Source: Guillardia theta CCMP2712 (lineage: Eukaryota; Protista; Cryptophyta). Taken from it: DNA of 64,000 nt. The notes under the pieces are model-generated. The model was not told the DNA's origin. It was given only the letters and a program-made list of their open reading frames with translations, and did no database searches. Positions 22,001-33,100 of the stretch are shown piece after piece. The first letter of the stretch is position 1, and the number at the start of each line of letters is the position of its first letter. A program made the position numbers and the translations under genes. The stretch covers positions 234,360 through 298,359 of the forward strand of contig NW_005434596.1 of assembly GCF_000315625.1 (NCBI RefSeq), given 5' to 3'.

Positions 22001-24101
22001 GACCGGGGACTATCCCTGCAGGTGCAAGCCAGGATACACGGGTCCGGACAATGGCGTCTGCTCCGCTTGTCTTCTTGGCTATTATAAGATCTCCTACGGG
22101 AGCTCGAGCTGCGATGCATGCCCACCGGGTTCCAGCACTCTGAATCAAGGCAGTACAAGTCGCGACCAATGCCTTTGCTCACCCGGTCACTTCAGGCTCA
22201 ACGGAACCTGTGAGGAATGTCCCATTGGCACCTACAGCACGACATATGAGGCTCTCACTTGCATTCCCTGCTCAGGCAACACCTCCACCCTCTACACGGC
22301 ATCCTCGAGCCCCAACCAATGCCTTTGCAAACCGGGTCACGAGCTCATCTCAGTAGGAGATGGATACATCAAGGATTGCCAGGCCTGTGGACAGGGCTTC
22401 TTCAAGTCCACGCTCAACGACGGCCCTTGCTCCATCTGTCCCCCGAACAGTTGGACTAAAGGGGTATCACCTCCAGTGCAATGTCGGTGTGTTGCAAACT
22501 ATGCATATGACGGCATCGACCCCACCGATTGCAACACCTGCAGCGAGGATGCGTACTGGGACGGCACACAATGCCTGCCCTGCCCGCTCTATTCATCGGG
22601 CCCATTTGGTAGATCCACTCTCAGTGAATGCGTCTGCCTGCCTGGCTACTCCTACCCCAATGGGATAGAGTGCCTGCCTTGCCCCTACAACACTTACAAG
22701 GATTCGTCAGGAAACCAAGATTGCACCAAGTGCCCTTTCAACACCATGAGTGGGCTGGGCTCCGATAGTGTGAGCAAGTGCGCCTGCCCATATGGGTACT
22801 TCAAGAACGGTGACGACTGCGACCCCTGCCCTGCCGGCACCTACAAGCCCGACTTTGGCAACACCAGCTGCCTGAATTGCAAGCTCAACAGCATCTCACA
22901 GCCTGGATCGAAGATCGAGGGCTTCTGCCTCTGCAAGCAGGGATACTACCTTGACAGCCAGAAAAACTGTGTCGAGTGCCAAGGGAGCACTTACAAGGAC
23001 ACTGTCTCTAATGCTCCGTGCCTCTCATGTAAGCAGAATGAGTTCTTTTCTGGTAATGACCACACCACCTCTTCCAGCTGCGTGTGCGACATTGGTTATT
23101 ACCAGCTCTTTGATGGCAGCTGTGTGGAGTGCAACGTGGGGGAGGTGAAGTACTTCCTTGGCCCGGGCCCTTGTATCAACCCCCTCAAGGGTGTAGGTTG
23201 CAGCTCTCTATGCTCCATAGGGCAGCGTCTTCAAACCAAAGAGGACGTATACGACCTCTACATACAGCAGTCGGGCATATGTGGGCAGTCCGTCCCGACG
23301 CTTTACAAGTACTACAACACATCCACCTCCTCTTACACCACGGTGAATGCGACACTCGAGACCTACCTTGATCAGTGGGGGGATGCCGCCAACTGGAAGG
23401 AGAAGACAAGGGTGATCATCCCAACGGACTATACCGCCCCCGAGTGCTATTGGTACCTTAGCAACGTGCAACCGAGTGTCTTGATGCTGAGCCTGAGACT
23501 CAACGTTGACATGGCCGAGGTGGTCTTCAAGGCTGGACTCTATCGCTGCAGCAGCTGTGGCTATTCCGCAGGTCAGTGTAGCACCATCCAGAGCTTTGAC
23601 CTAAAAGACACCGCACTGCAGCAGATCGAGGTGAGCATCGACGTATACTCCTGTGTCGTGCTCAGGGTCTATTCTGAAAACTTCCCCTTGATACTCTACA
23701 ATCTCAATACCTTGGGGCTTTCGCATCCTCCACAGGTTCTGCTCCAGGTCACGAGCAAGCCACCCACCTGCGAGTGTGTCAACTGTGACGCTTCTGACAC
23801 CGCCATCGCCATTGTCAAGCCCTCCTTCATCAAGATCTGGGCTTCAAAAGCTCACGCTTACGGTTCCATTGAAGTTCTTAATGACATGATGCGGAACACC
23901 TCACTAGATCTCAAGAACTCCGCGGAGGACTGTGTCATCAAGAACCAGCTGCATTCCAGAAGCTTCGACGTGACCTTGGATTGCACAGACGGTCCCTTAC
24001 TCTCCATGGCCACGATGGTGCGGTTCAGTTCGTTGCCTCCTATGTCAATCGCAAGATCATTTTCGCTTGCAAGGTTGACATCTTGGACAGCTCAATCTTG
24101 A
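19020..24101 (+). CDS. Giant Cys-rich repeat protein part 1 (ephrin-receptor-like/GCC2-GCC3 repeats); apparently 5'-truncated and frameshifted into part 2
   Basis: 1693-aa ORF with dozens of CxxCPxxTYK...CxxCPxxSxT...SxxxCxCxxGYY repeats. No signal peptide; in-frame TGA at 18987. Confidence 0.85.
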   Translation: MCTRCPSSLSHNIFGSSSISDCNSCDKGYYNYDGVSCTQCPVNSNTTVIGSASVSDCQCNVGYYMDLAQYVCISCGPKQTTSSTGSTSSSSCYCLGNYYRDANGYCTCPAGNYIDSNNDCKTCPYNSYSTSINSSSCVQCQPGFRTSSKTSGSCYRLTNPYNDRSVAYPYWTNCGNWDSISQYYCGYTTWGVGKITYKWYCPEGTSHVVIYDLKSNTDIKSCTSGLTTLNTSLNYYIHTQTGGYQSYIFDTVIELELNNYYRPVDTIYEYIGQKTWVRMMTYGWTIPELKINTTTNEIIRFDNGCHQFSYLTLYSETDIYTPATLKLSIDWSSPDYMWHENAIIHITIDKDATPPKSVQIIIEGICKSSICNGLVVYITKHSCGGTGEISCSTMFSKPVLLTYMGYDGVYMQSDEYGSIEVNYKKFAIYYDNTVEYGPTYYGTYFHVCLSPSYPMLRSLEGIRFQSQVPHWYEIMRYKPCSYGYYATTNVSDPCQKCPVGKFSNLVSFIPDDPDLMEDASFICQPCKPYTTTDPTKPAYTSKHCICASDTIIYNPAEYPNAIDFTITERNLYAWCLPSDCPIGQYHNMDYYTVYNYGYYNFLGGYLVASTTIIFNMTNFILPSRTCYPCPFSHYRNSSISSQRCVRCPETKGTNFKGATSIDDCVCDLGFYFSVTEARCIPCAIGFYKDVAGNEACTPCPANTSTLIVGGNSLMSCVCDKGYYSTQDDQCVPCAVKTYKAVKGNNIECVECPGDSTTESIASPDFSACKCGPGYKGVDGSNCELCPSGTFKQTYGNYPCINCTDTYVTVDDGTGNQGCFCNYGNYQDVTGMCVNCPINTYKDTISNSPACTPCTNNSITLQEASTSVSSCLCEPRYGLNSDGECVKCPSNTYRSGYSRSACVGCPLYSTSQGFSVKEDCVCNAGYTGPNGGPCIPCNDRTYKPLPGNANCTSCPSNTVSALASVSVNSCICKPGYFGPAGLPCQPCDVNAYKPETGDYPCRCKPGYTGPDNGVCSACLLGYYKISYGSSSCDACPPGSSTLNQGSTSRDQCLCSPGHFRLNGTCEECPIGTYSTTYEALTCIPCSGNTSTLYTASSSPNQCLCKPGHELISVGDGYIKDCQACGQGFFKSTLNDGPCSICPPNSWTKGVSPPVQCRCVANYAYDGIDPTDCNTCSEDAYWDGTQCLPCPLYSSGPFGRSTLSECVCLPGYSYPNGIECLPCPYNTYKDSSGNQDCTKCPFNTMSGLGSDSVSKCACPYGYFKNGDDCDPCPAGTYKPDFGNTSCLNCKLNSISQPGSKIEGFCLCKQGYYLDSQKNCVECQGSTYKDTVSNAPCLSCKQNEFFSGNDHTTSSSCVCDIGYYQLFDGSCVECNVGEVKYFLGPGPCINPLKGVGCSSLCSIGQRLQTKEDVYDLYIQQSGICGQSVPTLYKYYNTSTSSYTTVNATLETYLDQWGDAANWKEKTRVIIPTDYTAPECYWYLSNVQPSVLMLSLRLNVDMAEVVFKAGLYRCSSCGYSAGQCSTIQSFDLKDTALQQIEVSIDVYSCVVLRVYSENFPLILYNLNTLGLSHPPQVLLQVTSKPPTCECVNCDASDTAIAIVKPSFIKIWASKAHAYGSIEVLNDMMRNTSLDLKNSAEDCVIKNQLHSRSFDVTLDCTDGPLLSMATMVRFSSLPPMSIARSFSLARLTSWTAQS

Positions 24102-27100
24102 TCAAGTTCGACGGCAAACTGGTTTACAGCATTGACAACGCACAAGATGCCGATCACTACGTCGAAGTGGAGGTCGGCTTTGGAGAGCACATGCTGGAGT
24201 GCTACTCTTCTTCGCTGTCACACAGCACAAACTCTCTTCAAATCGTTTACTTGAACTGGACCTATCACTATCAACCCTTCTCAATGGAGATCAACAACTA
24301 TACCGAGGGCGGCTATGCTTGCTTGAGAGAGACAGACGAATGCGGCGACTGCACTCTTGGAAGGAGGCCAAAGTATCCTGCTTCCTCCTGCCCTTGCGAG
24401 CTATGCCCTGCAGGGACCTATGGGACATACCAAGTTGGGCCCGATCCCTATGCATGCGAGCTCTGTGAGTTTGGCAAATACAGCTCAAGCCCAGGTTCCA
24501 TAGAGTGCAGCCAATGTCCCGAAAACTCCATAACATCCTCCCAGGGTGCTTCAAGGGTGCAGGACTGCGAGTGCAAGCAGGGCTACTACTTTGATGTATC
24601 AAGGTCCTTATGCAAAGAATGCCCTCCAGCAACTTACAAAGACTTCATCGGCAACCAGGCCTGCCTCCCTTGCCCAGGAACCAAGATGTCATCCATCCCA
24701 GGGTCCACGCAAGCCGATCAGTGCTTCTGTCTCGGTGGATTCATCAAGACCTCCTCCACTGTCTGCGAGCCCTGTCCTGCCAACACCTACCAGCATGACA
24801 TGTATACCTGCAAGGCCTGCCCCTTGAATCACAACTCCAGCATCGCCTCCCCCAGCATCGAGGGCTGTGTCTGCAGCGACGGCTATGCGGGGGAAAACTG
24901 CACCTCCTGTGATATTGGATACAGGCAATTGGGAGGAGCCTGTGTTCTGGATAAGGACTTTGTCAAGGATGTCAGCGCATCGCTCCACACCTGTGCCCTC
25001 TTCTCTTCCAAGGAGGTAAAGTGCTGGGGGTTGAATGATATGGGACAGCTAGGATACCTGGATGTCGCTAACCGTGGTGATGACATCAATACAATGGGAT
25101 CGAACCTTGCCGTCCTAGATGCCATCAGTCCTTTTGTAGCCGTAGTCACGACCAGGGGTTGGAGCTGTGGCCAGATGACATCGCTGGAGATCAAGTGCTG
25201 GGGCAATACCTGGCATGACACCAATAATCTCCAGTTCTTTTTTGATGGCCCTTCGGACCTCAACTTTGGAGACAACATCTATGCAACCTCGCTCTCTGCC
25301 GGCATGGACCACGTCTGTGGCATATTCAACGACCAGAGGGTGAGGTGCTGGGGAGACAACAGTCACGGGCAGCTCGGGACAGGGGACAGGACCCCTTACT
25401 ACCTCCTCCCCTACCACATCACCCCGTCTCATCCCAACATATCCTTCCCCTCCCCACCCAGGAGTATAGCATGTGGGTCTTACCACACCTGCGTGCTACT
25501 TGAGAACCGTAAGATATACTGCTGGGGCAACAACCTGCACAGGCAGCTGGGCTTCATCTCTTACAACAACGAAGACATCCTCAAGTACACCCAGTTCGCC
25601 ATAACCCAGGTCATCTACCCTGACAAACTCTATGCAAGAGGCTCAAGAACCTGTGTCATCGACATGGAGGGCCAACCCGATTGCTGGGGGTACTGCGACG
25701 ACGGGACCTGTGGTGCCAACAACACCATCGCCCTGCAGACTGGGAGGACGGCACTGAAGCTGGCTCTTACCATCAACACCACCTGCGTGCTGCTTGATAA
25801 CCACAGGGTATCATGCTTTGGCAGCAACCAGTACGGACAACTTGGCATTGACTCCAGTGACCAATCTCTGAAGATAGGCTTGCTTGGCACGGATATGTCG
25901 GATGCTCTCAGGTACAACAACATACCGCAGACCTACGTCGATGACATCTTCTCTGGGTACTACCATTTCTGCTACACCGACAACCTTGCCCTCCTGCGGT
26001 GCTGGGGCTACAATGAGTTCGGTCAGCTCGGATATGAGAACACTGTGAATCTCGGAGATCGGAGCAATGGGATCCTGATGGCACAGGGACTCGTTCCCAT
26101 AAACGTTGGTTCCATCGTCATCTCTAGCTGTGAGTCCGGCTACTTCTACAGCCTGGACCTTCTCAGATGTGTAGAGTGCAACGCCTGCCCCAGTGGCAGC
26201 TTTGCCACGAAGCCCTGCTCTACCTACCACAACACGGTGTGCCAGCCCTGTGCTACTAACCTCACATCGGGCCTGGACGCCAACAGCTATTCCGAGTGCA
26301 GCTGCAAGAAGGGGTTTGAGAGGGTGATTGCGGGTGACAAGGACTCGGCTTGCAAGGCATGTGACCTTGGCTACTTCAAGATTGTAGGCACCGACGAGAG
26401 ATGCCAGCCCTGCCCCAACGGCCTTGGATCCACCTTGTATGGTCTTGAGAGCCTTGCCCAGTGTGAATGTCCTCCGGGATACTACGGCTCCAATGGCGGC
26501 GAATGCACCCCTTGCCCAGTAGACACTTACAAGGAGGACTTTGGATCTTTGCAGTGTCAGGACTGCCCGGACCTCAGCAAGAATGCAATCCTCGGCTCCA
26601 CCTCTATCTTGGATTGCAAATGCCAGGAGGGTTATTACGACATCGGTGTTATCAACAACGTGCTCATCAATTGCAGGCTTTGCCCCAACGGCAAGTACAG
26701 CAACACCATAGGTTCCAAGTCTTGCATCTCCTGTGGCTACGGCCTGACAAGCCCTACGGGATCGAGGCTCTACTCGGACTGCACTTGCGCGGACAACTTC
26801 TTCTTCTACAACTTTACCAACCGCTGCGAACCTTGTCCCAACAACTTCTACAGGAATCCGGGAGATACGGAATGCAAGTTCAGGGGCACCAGCTACGTTG
26901 AATGTACTCCAAACTCCACCTTGAACAATCCATTCGATCAATCCATCTATGACTGTGTCTGCGACTCGGGTTTCTATGGGAACTACCTGGGTTGCGCAAA
27001 ATGCCCCAGTTACAGCATCAACATCAGAAACCAGCTCAACAACTCGAGGTTTACTGATTGCAAGTGCATACCGGGCTATACGGCTTTTTCCTTGGAGGAG

Positions 27101-30100
27101 TGCAGACCATGCCAATCGGCCACTTACAAGGACTTTATCGGCAACGAGGCCTGCACAAGATGCCCTGACAATCAGGCCTCCGATCCGGGCTCTATCTCTC
27201 TCTCGCAGTGCCAATGCATCCCCGGATACGAGCTCCTCACTGAGAACGGCGTTACTGACTGCTTTCCGTGCAAGTACAACTATTACAAGAACATAACCAG
27301 CAACGAGCTGTGTCTTCAATGCCCTAACAATAGCTACACCGTATCCACTGCCACCAACTCGTTCGAGTTTTGCATCTGCACCAACGGATACTATGGCACT
27401 GCTCCCTGCACCAAGTGCGACTTTGGTTACTACTCCAACTTCAACGAGATCGATATGGAGTGCAAGGCGTGCCCTTTGAACTCTTACACCCTCAACAGGA
27501 GCTCTACCAACGTCAGCGACTGCCTCTGCCTCCCGGGATTCTACTCCTCCACCGGCATTGGTCCTTGCTCGCCCTGTCCGCTAAAGACCTACCAGCCGAG
27601 CTACGGCAGCACGACCTGCATTGCTTGCAGTCAAAACACCGTGACACTCTCTGTTGGATCGAGTGCCATTTACGATTGCAAATGCATTGAGGGTTACGAG
27701 GGCGACGGCACATTATGCCTCCCTTGCCCTTACAACTCCTACAAGAGCATCATCAACAACTCGGCTTGCGTCACATGCCCCATCAACTCCTTCACCAATA
27801 GAAGCCTTGTCAATCTCATCTCTAGCAGTGTCGTCAACTGCATCTGCGCCCCTGGCTACGTGGCAGACGGCATCCTGGCCTATTGCGACGTCACGGCCGA
27901 AGGATACTACAAGCCTCTGTCAGGAAGCAGCATCGTGGCCTGCCCGCTCAATACCATCTCCTCCACCGCAAGTAAGAGTGTTTACGACTGCCAGTGCAAG
28001 CCCGGATTCTACGGGAGTGACGGAAACATCTGCCTCATCTGCCCAGCGAACCATTACAAGTCGGAGAGGGGAAACAGACCCTGCACCCCTTGCCCTGAGA
28101 ATATGCTATCCGCCAAGGGAAGCACCTCCCTGTCTCAGTGCTACTGCCCAACCGGATACGGCATCCTATACAACCCACAGACGATGGCATACGATTGCAA
28201 ACCCTGCTGGCCGCAAGGCTTCAACCTGTTCAATGGCACCAACACACCCTGCAAGTACTGCCCACCCAACTCGGTGACACTGCCAAACGTAGCTTCGAGC
28301 ATATCCAACTGCACCTGCAAGAAAGGATACGAGGGCCTGACAGTCGAGAGCTGCTCACAATGCTATCCTGGCAAGTTCAAAGATACTGAAAGCTTTGGTT
28401 CTTGCAAGACCTGCCCCACAGGACTGATTGCAGAGGATTATGGCTCAGAGAAGTGCAAGTGTGACAACAACAAGTTTGAGTTCCAAGGACAGTGCTATAA
28501 CCTCTACCCTGAGTTCTTTGACACGTTCCCCAGCGCTTGCGCCGGTTCGCTCATACCCTACAATCAATCGATCTACGGATGCACCTGCATGCCCGGCACC
28601 TACGATCGCAACGGGTTTCTGGACTGCGTATCCTGTCCTGCCCACCAGACCACGGACCTTGGCTCTTCACAGTGCTACTGCGTAGAGAACTACTACATGG
28701 ACTCGAACGGGGACTGCCAGATCTGCCCCTCGAACAAGGCGTCCCCCGCAAAGTCCACCAGCGTGCTTGACTGCTCCTGCCCGCAGTGCGAGGAGGACGG
28801 CCAGTGCGTGCCCTGCGCCTACCCCTGCCCTGTCAACAGTTACTTTGAAGTCAAGCCCTACAGCATCGACGACTGCCTTTGCAACAAGGGCTACTACAAG
28901 TCCGGGACAGAGTGTGTCTCTTGCGGGATAAACTCTACCACTTCTTCCGCAGGAGCCACCGACCCGTCCTCTTGCGTCTGCTCTCCTGGCAACTTCCGAG
29001 ACTCCGGGGTCTGCAAGCCATGCCCCATATCCTTCTACAAGGCATCGGAGGGAGACGGGGCCTGCTCCCCTTGCCCCTCCAACACCTACACCTCCGTGCT
29101 TGGGCAGACGGTGTGCCAGTGCTCCGACCTCAAGGTGGGGCCCGGGGAGAGCTTCAAGATCGTTTCCCTGCAAGAGCTCATCATCGACACCACCGACTGC
29201 TATATCATCATCGACCAGTACCAACTCATTCCAGGAGAGTGGATCTCGGGAACCTGCGAGTTCCGCATCCAATCCCTTGTCTCTTCGGGAACCAACACTC
29301 TCAGGGGAACCAATCCTTTCGCTATCTACTCTGTGGGACTGGTCAACATCACGGGCAACATTAGACACCTTGGATCCTTGTCCGAGACCAGGGGAGCGGG
29401 CTACTATGCGGGCTTCTGCTACTATGGGGGATCGGGAGGCGGCTTTGGAGGGCAGGGAGGCTTTGGCTCCGCCCCTGGAGGCCCAGTCTACGGCGCCAAG
29501 GAGCTATGGCCGTGGTCTTCCTACCAAGGCTCTCCGGGAGGTCAGGGAGGTGACTGCAATGTCTACAGCACGGAGACCAACCTTGGAGGGCAGGGAGGAG
29601 GTGGGGTGCTGATCGCCTCCTACACGAGAGAGGTGATCCTGGGGAGCGTCGACGTCTCCGGCAAGGACTCTGAACATCAGGGCACCATCAGGCCGGGAGG
29701 TGGAGGCAGCGGAGGAGCGATCCTTCTCATCTCACCGTTGATGGTCAAGGCTACCAACCTACTAGCCAAGGGAGGCTCCGGAAGCTCTGCCACCTTCTCG
29801 GGAGGAGGGGGAGGGGGAGGTAGGATCGCTATATGGTCCCCGGTAATCTTCTACGAGTCCATCTCCGTGCTGAGAGGAGAGGGTTACAACCAAGTGCCCG
29901 CCTTGGATGGCACCATCTACGAGGTGCTCAGGGTCCCAGACGACTATCAGACACCTGCGCTCCAGTGCTATGCCTGCAAGAACGGATCATACTACCAAGA
30001 CAACCAGTGCATCTACTGCGGAGACAATCAGATCACCTCTTCAGTCACCGGCCAGTGCGAGTGCAAGGCGGGTTACACCTCGCTGAACAACCACGGGCAA

Positions 30101-33100
30101 TGCATCGCCTGCGCCATAGGGAGCTACAAGTCTCTACCAGGCATCGGCAACTGCACCCAATGCCCTTACGTTGGCTCCTACTCACCGCAGGCCTCTACCT
30201 CACTCTCCCAGTGCCTCTGCAACTCGGGATACTACCTCTCCCAAGGCAAGTGCGAGAAATGCCCTGTAGGCACCTATAGCTCCTTCCCCAACACCAACCC
30301 AAGCTGCCAGGCCTGTCCCAGCAGCCTCACCACCATGTACACAGGAAGCACCTCGTTCCAGGAGTGTAGCTGCCCGCCCGGCACCTACTACGACCAGTTC
30401 AATGTCAAATGCAACAACTGCAGCATCGGATACTACTATCCCTCTTACGGGTACCAGCTTGGCTGCATCGCCTGTCCAAGCCCCACTATCACTCCCTACA
30501 CCGGCAGCTCCTCCAAGAGCGACTGCAAGTGCTCCGTGGGCTACTACTTCAACACAACCCTGCAAGACTGCAAGGCCTGCGAGGTTGGCAAGTACGATCC
30601 CAACTCTCTCAACGACTTCTTGCCTTGTACTTCATGCCCCGTAGCAACCTACAACCCGCTAGAGGGCAGCATCGGTCCACAGTCCTGCATTCCTTGTCCA
30701 AGAGGCACTTACTCCCTCGTATCCGAATCGAGCTCTCTGCAAGACTGCCAGTCCTGCCCGAAAGAGGACGGATCCGAAGAGATGGAGATCTGGGTGGCAC
30801 AGAGCGTCTACGTCCACACCGCCTCCGGTGTCAACCCCTACGACATATTCATCGACATCATGAATCAGATGCCAAGGCAGGACCAGACCAACGTGAAGGA
30901 GGTGATCAACTCGATGCTCCAGTGCTTCAATCAGTCCAACATACTCATGGGCAACGACGCAAGGACACTTCTCCACTGGATCACGCAGCCCTGTGCCCTC
31001 TGCATGATGGTGACGAGCTGGTCGATCCAGCAGGGCGTTGAGGTTGTGTCCAGCGACATCCCTCTGGCGAACAAGGATTTCATGAACATCGTGCTCTCCT
31101 CCGCCTACCAGCACATGCTCAACTACCTCCAGCACCTCGACATACTCCTGAACAACTGCAAGATCTCCACCAAGACGAAGCAGACCAAGTATATCGCGGA
31201 CTCCTTCGAGCTCTTTAGGGGAGCCTACGTTCACCCCGAGCTCGACAAGGTGATCTACTGCCCCCTCCCTCCCGCCACCTTCTCCTTCGTGGTCGACGTC
31301 GGCTCGGGCTGGAACAACAAGGTGGGGGTCTTTGAGCTCACCAACAAGTGCGTCTTCGCCAACATCTTCAACGTCATCTGCAACCCGAAGCTCAAGCCTT
31401 CCGACGAGTTCCTGCAGGAGATCGCCGTGATGGAGCCTACGAGGGAGTATGTGGAGGGCATGACCTCGATCGAGGGCAAGTGGGTCAACTACATGATCAA
31501 CAACGTCATGGAGCAAAGGGACTCTCTCTACAGTGAGACGGAGGCGCTCTACTTCAAGACCACCGGCAAGCACGACGCATCCAACAAGAACTACTCCGTC
31601 CTGATGTCCCTTGCCTTCAACACCGGCTCTATGGCGAGCGTCGACTCCACGATGAACCTCGTGATGCACCAGGTCAACGACTTTGCCTTCTACTCGGAGT
31701 CCACGATCATCAAGAACACGGTGGATGTGGCCAAGGCTTTGGAGACCAACACGGAGATGGACGACCTCATCAACGAGCAGCTCTACAGCATGATGAAGAA
31801 CAAGCGATACTGCTACCGGTGCATGGACAGCATGGGCCTGACGATGATGCAGGATTACCTGACCTCGCTCAACGAGATCTTCCAGCTGAGCTACACCAAC
31901 CTGAATCTCCTCTGGGTTCTTTTCATGAGCACGCTGAGCTACTCCCTCCCCCTTGAGCCTGCCTGGGCCACGTGCGTGATGGTGGTGGACGCCGCCTGCC
32001 AGCCCGAGGTGGTGGTAGACAAGAAGGTTGCAAGCCTCAGCGTGGGAGGGTCGAAGAGGGACAGCACCGGCTTCAACTTCGTCCAGGCCAGCTACACCCA
32101 GTTCATGAGTGCCATGAACAAGCTGGTGGCCGTCGGCGCCCCCGAGCTCGTCGTTTCCAACTCCAACTACTCCGACGGCAAGAGGAAGAGGATGGGCCTG
32201 ACGCTCGCGACGATGAACAACAAGGAGATCAACGAGGAGAACACCACCCACCTCACGGATTACGGCAAGCCCGTCTTCATCTCCGAGGACTGCCACAAGC
32301 TGCTGGCGGACACGGGGATGGCCAAGAACTTCATGCGGGAGGCTTGCGAGAAGAAGGAGAGCTCGAGCCAGAGCTGCAAGATCTCGGAGAACTACAACAT
32401 GAAGCTGATCATGATCGAGGAGCCGAGGCTGCTTTGCATGGCGACCAACAAGAAGGAGATTGGCAACGGCGACGCCTTCTCCATGGCTGCCCGTCTCAGG
32501 TTCCATGCCTCCGGTATGTCCGACGAGTGCGTGCCTCTGAGGTTCAGGGAGGGGGAGGGCAGCGGCAACCAGCAGCCGACGGGAGGGAGGAAGGTGAGGA
32601 TCAAGGAGACCAACGACGTCACGTTTGCGATGAAGAACAACCTCTTCAACATGCTCCCCAACGCGGGGGTCAAGAACAACAGCTCGGTGGAGTTTAACCT
32701 CAAGAGATCAAAGAAGAACGTCATACCGGTGCTTCTCTTCCACCTCACCTCTCACGTGGAGCAGATCCTGACCCTCAGCGGCTTCAAGCTCAACTGCAAC
32801 GACAACCACGGAGTGAGCAGGCTTATCTGCAGTGAGATGAACTACTTTATGTTCCGCCTGATGGAGCCCTTCCTCTCCACCGACATGAACGATGAGGAGA
32901 GGTTCACGAGGAAGCAGAAGGGGCTCATGTTCAGCTATACGGTTCCCCTTCACGTCATCAACACCGTCAACAAGAGGATCTTGTCGGAGATGTTCAAGGT
33001 CGTGCCCACCGAGGAGGACGACGAGGTTGTCTTCACCTTTGACTGCAACGCCATCGTCAGGGAGAGCGTGATCAACCTGCTGTACTCGGATATCGACACG

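Noticed and set aside
23985-24000. Programmed -1 ribosomal frameshift
   Set aside because: GGT CCC TTA is not a canonical slippery heptamer, and other single-base indels in the window suggest mutation or sequencing error.
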